64,000 nucleotides of DNA from Escherichia phage REP2, in the sequence record OQ174501.1; one strand, 5' to 3'. The notes under the pieces are model-generated. The model saw only the letters and a program-made list of their open reading frames with translations, did not search any database and was not told the DNA's origin. Below are positions 1 to 8,578 of the stretch, piece by piece. Position numbers and translations under genes: made by a program. Numbering within the stretch: the stretch's first letter is position 1; every line of letters begins with the position of its first letter.

Positions 1-531
1 GCAGGACTAAGTACTATTATGGAAGGTCTGGAACGTTCTCCAGCGTTCATTCCTATTAAAGAAAAAGGAATTCCATACGAGTATTATCGTCTTCATCAAG
101 TAGACCAAATTAAAATTGCTCCTAATTTGCCAACGCAAATTCTTGACCGTTATGTAAATAGCGAAATGCTTGAACGCATGAGTAAATCCGGATTTGGTTA
201 TCAGCTGAGTAAGTTGGACAAAAAATATCTACAACGTTCTTTAGAATATACTCATCTCGAGCTTGGTGCATGTGGAACAATTCCGGTATTTTGGAAATCT
301 ACTGGCGAAAATTTAAAATTCCGTGTTGATAATACTCCTTTGACCTCGCATGATAGCGGTATCATTTGGTTTGATGAAAATGACATGGAATCAACATTTG
401 AGCGTATTAAAGAACTGTCATCTGACCGAACTCTTTATGACCGTGAACGCGAAAAAGCTTATGAATTTTTGTATCAGCATCAAGATTCAAGCTTCTGCTT
501 TAAAGAACAGTTTGACATTATTACAAAATAA
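1..531 (+). CDS. 3' part of a GT-B glycosyltransferase, by position probably the DNA alpha-glucosyltransferase; 5' end lies upstream of the window
   Basis: Frame open from nt 1 to stop at 529-531; LELGACGTIPVFW resembles the sugar-nucleotide binding region of retaining GT-B enzymes; lies upstream of gene 47 as a-gt does in T4. Confidence 0.5.
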   Translation, partial: AGLSTIMEGLERSPAFIPIKEKGIPYEYYRLHQVDQIKIAPNLPTQILDRYVNSEMLERMSKSGFGYQLSKLDKKYLQRSLEYTHLELGACGTIPVFWKSTGENLKFRVDNTPLTSHDSGIIWFDENDMESTFERIKELSSDRTLYDREREKAYEFLYQHQDSSFCFKEQFDIITK

Positions 532-548
532 AGGGCTTCGGCCCTTTA
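532..548 (+). terminator. rho-independent terminator-like hairpin (GGGC-UUCG-GCCC) with short U tract
   Basis: agggcttcggcccttt immediately after the stop codon; UUCG tetraloop hairpin. Confidence 0.45.
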
Positions 549-707
549 GCTTTATACGGAGTTTGATATAATGATATTTCTTGGATATGTGATACTTTTT
601 CTCGCATTTTATCTATTCGCTAGAGCATGTTGGATTGGGTTCTTTAGCACTCCAGATGGATTTATTTCAATAATTTTATTTTGCATTTCAATGACGGTTC
701 TTGATAT

Positions 708-1331
708 ATGAAAAAATATATAACTTATTTAACAATATATAGTGGAGATAAACTTCCTCCTTTTTATATTGGATCTACGTCTTTAGATAGGCATTTAGCT
801 GGATATCATGGTTCAGTTTTATCTAAAAAGTATAAGAAAATTTATAATAAAGAGCTTTCAGATAATCCTCACTTATTTGATTCATGTATTTTAGCTGAAT
901 TTGATACGCGTGAAGAAGCTATTAAATGCGAGTTATATTATCAACGATTGCATGATGCAGTTAAAAATCCATTATTCTTTAATATGTCATATGCTGCTCC
1001 AAAAGGTTCATTTGGAAGAGATAATAAAGGACAAAATCATCCATTATATGGTTCTCATAATTGTAAAGGAAATATACATTCACATGATCCATTAACAGGA
1101 AAATCTGCCTTTTTGCCTTATATTCCAGAAGGTTATGTAAAAGGAAGGTCAAATAAATTTAAAGCTTCATCACATAATAAAGGTAAAAAATGGTATAATA
1201 ACGGAGTTAAGCAAATGTTATGTCATGAACCTCCTGGTCCTGAATGGACAAAAGGAAAAATTAAAGAACTGGTTTCAAAAGCAGCTAAATTAGGATGGAA
1301 AAGACACCATGAAAATACTAAACTTGGGTGA
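708..1331 (+). CDS. putative free-standing GIY-YIG family homing endonuclease-like protein (seg-like)
   Basis: 207 aa; N-terminal YITYLTIY...FYIGST (GIY/YIG-like), downstream conserved R, E and N positions, C-terminal NUMOD-like G-x-NHPLYG and KGKKWYNNG motifs. Confidence 0.45.
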   Translation: MKKYITYLTIYSGDKLPPFYIGSTSLDRHLAGYHGSVLSKKYKKIYNKELSDNPHLFDSCILAEFDTREEAIKCELYYQRLHDAVKNPLFFNMSYAAPKGSFGRDNKGQNHPLYGSHNCKGNIHSHDPLTGKSAFLPYIPEGYVKGRSNKFKASSHNKGKKWYNNGVKQMLCHEPPGPEWTKGKIKELVSKAAKLGWKRHHENTKLG

Positions 1332-2328
1332 TTGGCATTTAGGCGTTAAAGCTGATGATGAGTGGATTCGCGGTATTCAAATTGATGGAATTAAGCAAGC
1401 GATAGAATATTCTAAGAAAAATGGAATTACTGTATGGATTCAATATGGTGATATTTTTGATGTGCGAAAAGCAATCACACATAAAACTATGGAGTTTGCC
1501 CGTGAAATAGTTCAAATGCTTGATGACGCTGGAATCACATTACATACTATTGTAGGAAATCACGATCTCCACTACAAAAATGTAATGCATCCAAATGCCT
1601 CTACTGAGCTTTTGGCTAAATATCCTAATGTTAAAGTATATGATAAGCCTACTACAGTAGATTTTGACGGATGTTTAATTGATTTAATTCCTTGGATGTG
1701 TGAAGAAAATACTGGTGAAATTCTTGAACACATCAAAACTTCATCTGCTTCTTTTTGTGTTGGTCACTGGGAGCTGAATGGATTTTATTTTTATAAAGGA
1801 ATGAAATCTCATGGTCTTGAACCTGATTTCCTTAAGACTTATAAAGAGGTGTGGTCTGGTCACTTCCATACTATCTCTGAGGCTGCTAACGTCAGATATA
1901 TTGGGACACCATGGACACTAACTGCAGGTGACGAGAATGACCCTCGTGGGTTCTGGATGTTTGATACAGAAACAGAACGAATGGAATTTATTCCAAACAA
2001 TACTACCTGGCATCGTAGAATTCATTATCCATTTAAAGGAAAAATTGACTATAAAGATTTTACAAATTTATCAGTACGTGTTATAGTAACTGAAGTAGAC
2101 AAAAATCTGACGAAGTTCGAATCTGAACTAGAAAAAGTTGTGCATTCATTACGAGTTGTGTCAAAGATTGATAACTCTGTCGAGTCAGATGATAGTGAAG
2201 AAGTTGAAGTTCAATCTCTTCAGACGTTGATGGAAGAATACATTAATGCAATTCCAGACATCACTGATTCTGACCGCGAAGCACTTATTCAATATGCAAA
2301 TCAGTTATATGTAGAGGCAACACAATGA
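1309..2328 (+). CDS. 47: recombination endonuclease subunit gp47 (Mre11-like phosphoesterase)
   Basis: 339 aa; LGDWHLG, YGDIFD and GNHD phosphoesterase motifs; directly upstream of the Rad50-like gene 46. Confidence 0.9.
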   Translation: MKILNLGDWHLGVKADDEWIRGIQIDGIKQAIEYSKKNGITVWIQYGDIFDVRKAITHKTMEFAREIVQMLDDAGITLHTIVGNHDLHYKNVMHPNASTELLAKYPNVKVYDKPTTVDFDGCLIDLIPWMCEENTGEILEHIKTSSASFCVGHWELNGFYFYKGMKSHGLEPDFLKTYKEVWSGHFHTISEAANVRYIGTPWTLTAGDENDPRGFWMFDTETERMEFIPNNTTWHRRIHYPFKGKIDYKDFTNLSVRVIVTEVDKNLTKFESELEKVVHSLRVVSKIDNSVESDDSEEVEVQSLQTLMEEYINAIPDITDSDREALIQYANQLYVEATQ

Positions 2329-2588
2329 CTTTTGATGAATTTAAAAATGTTATGATGAGTCAGCATTTTGAATGCGAAGTAAAAGATGATATTGGGCATA
2401 AAGAAATTATTGAATATTGGTTTGAACCGCTAGAGGTTGAAGATAATTGTATTAAAAAGGTTACAGTCTGCACTGACTGGGCTGTATCTTTTAACTTCAA
2501 CATTTTAGATAATGACACACCTAAATCATTACGAGATATGGCTGTATCTTGTATTAAGGATGCATACTGTGAAGTTTTCGACATTTGA
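2325..2588 (+). CDS. hypothetical small protein, N-terminal part of an ORF apparently split by a frameshift
   Basis: 87 aa ORF, ATGA overlap with gene 47 stop; continues in another frame after a 7-bp tandem repeat at 2580-2593. Confidence 0.4.
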   Translation: MTFDEFKNVMMSQHFECEVKDDIGHKEIIEYWFEPLEVEDNCIKKVTVCTDWAVSFNFNILDNDTPKSLRDMAVSCIKDAYCEVFDI

Positions 2589-2775
2589 CATTAATGATGA
2601 ATTCATAGCAAACATTGATTATACCGAAGAAGATTCTAGATATGTTGGAATAATTTATATTACATCAAAAACAGCACAAGGTGTTGTTTGCATGGCTGAA
2701 TTTGATGAATACTTTTTAGATTATGATGATATGATAGAATGGTCTAAAAGATACATTAAAAGGAATCTTTTGTGA
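2512..2775 (+). CDS. hypothetical small protein, C-terminal part of the split ORF or an independent overlapping gene
   Basis: 87 aa ORF overlapping the previous ORF by 77 nt in a different frame. Confidence 0.35.
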   Translation: MTHLNHYEIWLYLVLRMHTVKFSTFDINDEFIANIDYTEEDSRYVGIIYITSKTAQGVVCMAEFDEYFLDYDDMIEWSKRYIKRNLL

Positions 2776-4460
2776 AGAATTTTAAACTAAACCGAGTTAG
2801 GTATCAAAATATAATGTCAGTAGGTGGAAATCCTATTGACATTCAATTAGATAAGGTTCAAAAAACTCTTATTACTGGACGAAATGGCGGTGGTAAGTCT
2901 ACTATGTTAGAAGCCATCACATTTGGGCTTTTTGGCAAGCCATTTCGTGATGTAAAGAAAGGTCAATTAATAAACAGCACAAATAAGAAAGAACTTTTAG
3001 TTGAACTGTGGATGGAATATGATGAGAAAAAGTACTATATCAAAAGAGGACAAAAACCAAACGTTTTCGAAATCACCGTTAACGGTACACGTCTTAATGA
3101 ATCTGCCAGCAGTAAAGATTTCCAAGCAGAATTTGAACAGCTTATCGGAATGTCATATGCCAGTTTCAAGCAGATTGTTGTCCTTGGTACAGCAGGGTAT
3201 ACCCCTTTCATGGGTTTGTCGACCCCTGCGCGAAGAAAGCTTGTGGAAGACCTGCTTGAGGTAGGAACATTAGCTGAAATGGATAAGCTTAATAAAGCAC
3301 TAATACGTGAATTAAATTCGCAGAACCAAGTGCTTGATGTTAAAAAAGATAGTATTATCCAACAAATTAAAATATATAATGATAACGTTGAACGCCAGAA
3401 AAAATTAACGGGTGACAACCTTACACGTCTACAAAATATGTATGATGATTTGGCAAAAGAAGCTAGAACGCTAAAATCGGAAATAGAAGAAGCTAACGAA
3501 AGATTAGTTAATATTGTTTTGGATGAAGACCCGACTGATGCATTTAATAAAATCGGTCAAGAAGCAGTTTTAATTAAATCAAAAATTGACTCGTATAATA
3601 AAGTCATTAATATGTATCACGAAGGTGGATTATGTCCAACCTGTTTGTCACAATTAAGTTCCGGTGATAAAGTTGTTTCTAAAATTAAAGATAAAGTTTC
3701 TGAATGTACGCATTCGTTTGAACAGCTTTCAACACACCGTGATAATTTAAAAGTTCTTGTTGATGAATACCGAGATAATATTAAAACTCAGCAGTCGTTG
3801 GCAAATGATATTCGCAATAAAAAGCAATCTCTAATCACGACGGTAGATAAAGCTAAAAAAGTTAAAGCAGCTATAGAAAAAGCATCTTCTGAGTTTATTG
3901 ACCATGCTGATGAAATAGCACTGCTTCAAGAAGAACTTGATAAAATTGTTAAGACAAAAACTAATTTAGTAATGGAAAAATACCACCGAGGAATTTTGAC
4001 TGATATGCTCAAAGATTCTGGTATTAAAGGTGCTATTATTAAAAAGTACATTCCATTATTTAATAAGCAGATTAACCATTATCTTAAAATAATGGAAGCG
4101 GATTATGTGTTTACATTAGATGAAGAATTTAATGAGACAATTAAATCCCGTGGTCGTGAAGATTTTAGTTATGCTTCATTCAGTCAAGGTGAAAAAGCAC
4201 GAATTGATATTGCTCTTTTATTTACTTGGCGTGATATTGCTGAAAAAGTTTCAGGTGTTAAAATAAGTTGTTTATTTCTTGATGAAGTGTATGACGGTGC
4301 ATTTGATGCTGAAGGCATTAAAAATGTAGCTAAAATTTTAGATGGTTTGAAGGATACCAACTTCTTCATAATTTCGCATAAAGACCATGATCCGCAGGAT
4401 TATGGACAGCATATTAAAATGGAAAAAGTTGGTAGATTTAGTGTTGCCACTATTAATTAA
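2772..4460 (+). CDS. 46: recombination endonuclease subunit gp46 (Rad50/SbcC-like ATPase)
   Basis: 562 aa; Walker A GRNGGGKST, long central coiled-coil, zinc-hook-like CPTC, C-terminal LFLDEV signature region; apparent GTG start. Confidence 0.9.
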   Translation: MKNFKLNRVRYQNIMSVGGNPIDIQLDKVQKTLITGRNGGGKSTMLEAITFGLFGKPFRDVKKGQLINSTNKKELLVELWMEYDEKKYYIKRGQKPNVFEITVNGTRLNESASSKDFQAEFEQLIGMSYASFKQIVVLGTAGYTPFMGLSTPARRKLVEDLLEVGTLAEMDKLNKALIRELNSQNQVLDVKKDSIIQQIKIYNDNVERQKKLTGDNLTRLQNMYDDLAKEARTLKSEIEEANERLVNIVLDEDPTDAFNKIGQEAVLIKSKIDSYNKVINMYHEGGLCPTCLSQLSSGDKVVSKIKDKVSECTHSFEQLSTHRDNLKVLVDEYRDNIKTQQSLANDIRNKKQSLITTVDKAKKVKAAIEKASSEFIDHADEIALLQEELDKIVKTKTNLVMEKYHRGILTDMLKDSGIKGAIIKKYIPLFNKQINHYLKIMEADYVFTLDEEFNETIKSRGREDFSYASFSQGEKARIDIALLFTWRDIAEKVSGVKISCLFLDEVYDGAFDAEGIKNVAKILDGLKDTNFFIISHKDHDPQDYGQHIKMEKVGRFSVATIN

Positions 4461-5170
4461 TGTTTGTGCTTACAGTTATCATTATGCCACCTTGATAAAT
4501 TTCCGAAAGTGGTAACTTTACCGCAATGGACGCAAGTACCAGTCTTTTCAGTTTTCTTGCGTCCATTTGGATTTTTCTTGCAGAAATTTCTATGCGCTGC
4601 GATAACGCATTTCTTGCCTATCATTCCGCAGAATTCGCAGGATGTTTCTTCAAGAACGATTGCTTTAAGCCCGTTTGAGATATTATTTCTGTGTTCTTTA
4701 GACATTGGTGGTCTAACTTTAGGATTAGGGTGATTTGGGCAGTTATCAAAATGCCAACGATTCATATTCCCGCTTAATCCAGACTTACCGCAATGAGGAC
4801 AAGTTAGTCTTGCTTTATTAGCTACTGCATCAGACATTTTCTTTCGTGTCTCTTGGGAGAATTCTTTGTTCTTTTCTATTTCCCAGAGTTTACGACGAAT
4901 CCAACCGAAAGTTTTATTGTTGCGTTTAGCGTATTTCGTAGAAACTGTCATCATGTTAGCAGCATAGACTAATTTTGGTTCAGAAGGATAAATTTTTACT
5001 AAAAGTTGATGAGCTACATAGTGCTCTTCTGGTGTTAAATCTACTAAGTTTGAAGCATCATCACTTCCATTTAAACAGCGCGGTATAATGTGATGAGATT
5101 CAGTATAACAATCAAGTTTTCGAGATTTAGCATTAGAGATTAACTTTTCATAAATTAGTTTATAATTCAT
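4457..5170 (-). CDS. free-standing HNH family homing endonuclease with three C-terminal CxxC zinc-finger repeats
   Basis: 237 aa on the opposite strand to all neighbours; HNH motif SHHIIPRCLNGSDDASNLVDLTPEEHYVAH; repeats CPHCG..RWHFDNC; SD AAGGAT upstream of the ATG. Confidence 0.7.
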   Translation of the reverse strand: MNYKLIYEKLISNAKSRKLDCYTESHHIIPRCLNGSDDASNLVDLTPEEHYVAHQLLVKIYPSEPKLVYAANMMTVSTKYAKRNNKTFGWIRRKLWEIEKNKEFSQETRKKMSDAVANKARLTCPHCGKSGLSGNMNRWHFDNCPNHPNPKVRPPMSKEHRNNISNGLKAIVLEETSCEFCGMIGKKCVIAAHRNFCKKNPNGRKKTEKTGTCVHCGKVTTFGNLSRWHNDNCKHKH

Positions 5171-5221
5171 AATATATCCTTTTGATACAGCGAGTGATAA
5201 ACATATTTATACGGAGGAACT

Positions 5222-5413
5222 GTGGCAGAATATTCAACTGGACAGCATCTATTAACTATTCCTGAAATAAAACGATATATTCTGAGAAATAATTTTTCTA
5301 ATGAAGAGCATATAGTTACTGAATCTATGCTTAGGAATGCATTTAAAGCAGAATATACAAAAATAATGTCCAATAGAAATGAAGCTTGGACTGTTACTGA
5401 TTATTATGACTAA
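5222..5413 (+). CDS. hypothetical small early protein
   Basis: 63 aa ORF with GGAGGA SD and GTG start. Confidence 0.4.
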   Translation: MAEYSTGQHLLTIPEIKRYILRNNFSNEEHIVTESMLRNAFKAEYTKIMSNRNEAWTVTDYYD

Positions 5414-5422
5414 AGGTGTATT

Positions 5423-5812
5423 ATGACTAAAATTACTGTGAATTATACTGTTGATGTAAAAGATATTCAGCCAAAACACGTGCGTTCTGACTCAAATCCG
5501 CAAAACCAAAATAAAATTCGTCGAGCATGGGTTTTGTCTCTTTCTGATAACGCAATGGAAGTTATTCAGAATAAAATTAAATCTGCACCTGCTCGTCATG
5601 CGTATTATGAAGCTATCGATCGTGAAGTAAGTAATAAATGGATTGAACTAATGCGCAAACATACTACAGAATCCCTAAACGCCGGTGCTAAATTTATTAT
5701 GACTTCATGTGGTGAACGCCTTGAAGATGAATATTGCGGTAATGCAGATGAACGTCTAATTGTTGCTGCTCAAATTGTTGCCGAAACAATCGCAGCTGAT
5801 TTTAATCGTTAA
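5423..5812 (+). CDS. rpbA: RNA polymerase binding protein RpbA
   Basis: 129 aa ORF between genes 46 and 45, same size and position as T4 rpbA. Confidence 0.55.
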   Translation: MTKITVNYTVDVKDIQPKHVRSDSNPQNQNKIRRAWVLSLSDNAMEVIQNKIKSAPARHAYYEAIDREVSNKWIELMRKHTTESLNAGAKFIMTSCGERLEDEYCGNADERLIVAAQIVAETIAADFNR

Positions 5813-5838
5813 TTGCTTTATTTAATTAGTTATAAAAT
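5811..5838 (+). promoter_or_regulatory. middle-mode promoter for gene 45 (MotA box plus -10)
   Basis: aaTTGCTTTA MotA-box match at 5811-5820 followed about 11 nt later by TATAAA. Confidence 0.45.
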
Positions 5839-5867
5839 TAAATCTCATTTGAATTGAAGGAAATTAC

Positions 5868-6554
5868 ATGAAACTGTCTAAAGATACTACTGCTCTGCTG
5901 AAAAATTTCGCTACTATTAACTCTGGTATTATGCTTAAATCCGGTCAATTTATTATGACTCGTGCGGTTAATGGTACAACTTATGCAGAAGCGAATATTT
6001 CTGACGTTATTGATTTTGATGTAGCAATTTACGATTTGAACGGTTTTCTCGGTATTCTGTCTCTAGTTAATGATGATGCAGAAATTTCCCAGTCAGAAGA
6101 TGGTAATATTAAAATTGCTGATGCTCGTTCAACAATTTTTTGGCCAGCAGCCGATCCGAGTACAGTAGTTGCTCCTAATAAACCAATTCCATTCCCGGTA
6201 GCATCTGTTGTTACTGAAATTAAAGCTGAAGACCTTCAACAACTGTTGCGTGTATCTCGTGGTCTGCAAATTGATACAATTGCTATCACGGTAAAAGAAG
6301 GTAAAATCGTAATTAACGGTTTTAATAAAGTAGAAGATTCTGCTCTGACCCGTGTTAAATATTCTTTGACTCTTGGTGATTATGATGGTGAAAATACATT
6401 TAATTTTATTATCAATATGGCAAATATGAAAATGCAACCAGGAAATTATAAACTTCTGCTCTGGGCAAAAGGTAAACAAGGTGCTGCTAAATTTGAAGGT
6501 GAACACGCGAATTATGTAGTAGCTCTTGAAGCTGATTCTACCCACGATTTTTAA
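5868..6554 (+). CDS. 45: sliding clamp gp45
   Basis: 228 aa; position upstream of 44/62; matches T4 gp45 size. Confidence 0.9.
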   Translation: MKLSKDTTALLKNFATINSGIMLKSGQFIMTRAVNGTTYAEANISDVIDFDVAIYDLNGFLGILSLVNDDAEISQSEDGNIKIADARSTIFWPAADPSTVVAPNKPIPFPVASVVTEIKAEDLQQLLRVSRGLQIDTIAITVKEGKIVINGFNKVEDSALTRVKYSLTLGDYDGENTFNFIINMANMKMQPGNYKLLLWAKGKQGAAKFEGEHANYVVALEADSTHDF

Positions 6555-6556
6555 TA

Positions 6557-6574
6557 GAGGGCTTCGGCCCTTTA
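6557..6574 (+). terminator. rho-independent terminator (GGGC-UUCG-GCCC hairpin plus UUU)
   Basis: agggcttcggcccttt directly after the gene 45 stop. Confidence 0.55.
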
Positions 6575-6605
6575 TAATTTACACTAAAACTTGAATGAGG
6601 AAATT

Positions 6606-7565
6606 ATGATTACCGTAAATGAAAAAGAACACATTCTTGAACAGAAATATCGTCCATCTACTATCGATGAATGTATTCTTCCCGCCTTTGATAAAGAAAC
6701 CTTTAAATCTATTACAAGTAAAGGTAAGATTCCACATATTATTCTTCATTCTCCTTCTCCAGGAACAGGTAAAACAACTGTAGCAAAAGCATTGTGTCAT
6801 GATGTAAATGCTGATATGATGTTTGTGAATGGGTCAGATTGTAAAATTGATTTCGTTCGCGGTCCTTTGACTAATTTTGCCAGCGCAGCTTCATTTGATG
6901 GTCGTCAAAAAGTAATCGTTATTGATGAATTTGACCGTTCAGGGCTAGCAGAGTCTCAGCGACATCTTCGTTCCTTTATGGAAGCTTATAGTTCAAACTG
7001 TAGTATTATTATTACTGCTAACAATATTGATGGTATTATTAAACCACTTCAGTCACGCTGCCGAGTTATTACATTCGGTCAACCGACCGATGAAGATAAA
7101 ATTGAAATGATGAAGCAGATGATTCGTCGATTGACTGAAATCTGCAAGCATGAAGGAATTGCTATAGCTGATATGAAAGTTGTAGCAGCTTTGGTTAAAA
7201 AGAATTTTCCTGATTTTCGTAAAACTATTGGCGAGCTCGATAGTTATTCATCTAAAGGTGTTTTGGATGCTGGTATTTTATCACTGGTTACTAACGATCG
7301 TGGTGCTATTGATGATGTTCTTGAGTCTCTCAAAAATAAAGATGTTAAACAGCTCAGAGCTTTAGCACCAAAATATGCAGCTGATTATTCGTGGTTCGTA
7401 GGTAAACTTGCCGAAGAAATCTATACACGCGTAACTCCGCAAAGTATTATTCGTATGTATGAAATTGTTGGTGAAAATAACCAGTATCATGGAATTGCGG
7501 CTAATACTGAATTACATTTAGCATATCTTTTCATTCAATTGGCATGTGAAATGCAGTGGAAGTGA
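6606..7565 (+). CDS. 44: clamp loader large subunit gp44 (AAA+ ATPase)
   Basis: 319 aa from the ATG at 6606 (GAGG SD); Walker [15 protein letters not shown] Walker B, SRC motif. Confidence 0.9.
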   Translation: MITVNEKEHILEQKYRPSTIDECILPAFDKETFKSITSKGKIPHIILHSPSPGTGKTTVAKALCHDVNADMMFVNGSDCKIDFVRGPLTNFASAASFDGRQKVIVIDEFDRSGLAESQRHLRSFMEAYSSNCSIIITANNIDGIIKPLQSRCRVITFGQPTDEDKIEMMKQMIRRLTEICKHEGIAIADMKVVAALVKKNFPDFRKTIGELDSYSSKGVLDAGILSLVTNDRGAIDDVLESLKNKDVKQLRALAPKYAADYSWFVGKLAEEIYTRVTPQSIIRMYEIVGENNQYHGIAANTELHLAYLFIQLACEMQWK

Positions 7566-7566
7566 T

Positions 7567-8130
7567 ATGAGCTTATTTGAAGATGATATTCAATTAAACG
7601 AGCATCAAGTTGCTTGGTATTCAAAAGATTGGACAGCTGTCCAATCCGCTGCTGATTCTTTTAAAGAAAAAGCTGAAAATGAGTTTTTTGAAATAATTGG
7701 AGCTATTAATAATAAAACTAAATGCTCTATTGCTCAAAAAGATTATTCAAAATTCATGGTTGAAAATGCATTATCACAATTTCCAGAGTGCATGCCAGCT
7801 GTATATGCTATGAATTTAATTGGATCAGGCTTAAGTGATGAAGCCCATTTTAATTATCTAATGGCTGCAGTTCCTCGTGGTAAAAGATATGGTAAATGGG
7901 CAAAACTGGTTGAAGATTCTACCGAAGTATTGATTATTAAGTTACTTGCTAAACAGTATCAAGTTAATACAAATGATGCAATTAACTATAAATCAATTCT
8001 TACTAAAAATGGAAAACTACCTTTAGTATTAAAAGAACTTAAAGGATTAGTCACGGATGATTTTTTGAAAGAAGTGACTAAGAACGTAAAAGAACAGAAA
8101 CAACTCAAAAAACTAGCATTGGAATGGTAA
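7567..8130 (+). CDS. 62: clamp loader small subunit gp62
   Basis: 187 aa from the ATG at 7567; overlaps end of gene 44; T4 synteny. Confidence 0.8.
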   Translation: MSLFEDDIQLNEHQVAWYSKDWTAVQSAADSFKEKAENEFFEIIGAINNKTKCSIAQKDYSKFMVENALSQFPECMPAVYAMNLIGSGLSDEAHFNYLMAAVPRGKRYGKWAKLVEDSTEVLIIKLLAKQYQVNTNDAINYKSILTKNGKLPLVLKELKGLVTDDFLKEVTKNVKEQKQLKKLALEW

Positions 8131-8131
8131 A

Positions 8132-8500
8132 ATGATTGAAATTACTATTAAAAAACCTGAAGATTTTCTGAAAGTAAAAGAAACTTTGACTCGTATGGGA
8201 ATTGCTAATAATAAAGATAAAGTTCTGTATCAGTCCTGTCATATTCTTCAGAAAAAAGGACTATACTATATCGTTCATTTTAAAGAAATGCTTCGTATGG
8301 ATGGCCGTCAAGTTGAAATGACAGAAGAAGATGAAGTTCGTCGTGATTCGATTGCATGGCTGTTAGAAGATTGGGGACTGATTGAAATCGTTCCTGGACA
8401 AAGAACTTTTATGAAAGATTTAACTAATAACTTCCGAGTTATTTCTTTTAAACAAAAACATGAATGGAAACTCGTTCCTAAATATACGATTGGTAATTAA
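8132..8500 (+). CDS. regA: translational repressor RegA
   Basis: 122 aa; follows gene 62 and precedes gene 43 as in T4. Confidence 0.8.
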   Translation: MIEITIKKPEDFLKVKETLTRMGIANNKDKVLYQSCHILQKKGLYYIVHFKEMLRMDGRQVEMTEEDEVRRDSIAWLLEDWGLIEIVPGQRTFMKDLTNNFRVISFKQKHEWKLVPKYTIGN

Positions 8501-8502
8501 GC

Positions 8503-8526
8503 AAGGGGCTTCGGCCCCTTATTTGG
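8503..8526 (+). terminator. terminator-like hairpin (GGGGC-UUCG-GCCCC) with U-rich tail
   Basis: aaggggcttcggccccttatttgg after the regA stop. Confidence 0.45.
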
Positions 8527-8542
8527 AGTATAATATATCAAG

Positions 8543-8560
8543 AGCCTAATAACTCGGGCT
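8543..8560 (+). promoter_or_regulatory. gene 43 translational operator RNA hairpin (5-bp stem AGCCU/GGGCU, 8-nt loop AAUAACUC)
   Basis: agcct-aataactc-gggct about 20 nt upstream of the gene 43 ATG, next to the SD; matches the known autoregulatory gp43 binding hairpin. Confidence 0.7.
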
Positions 8561-8578
8561 ATAAACTAAGGAATATCT

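Noticed and set aside
350-571. Alternative-frame ORF overlapping the glycosyltransferase 3' end
   Set aside because: Overlaps a better-supported frame and runs through the terminator hairpin
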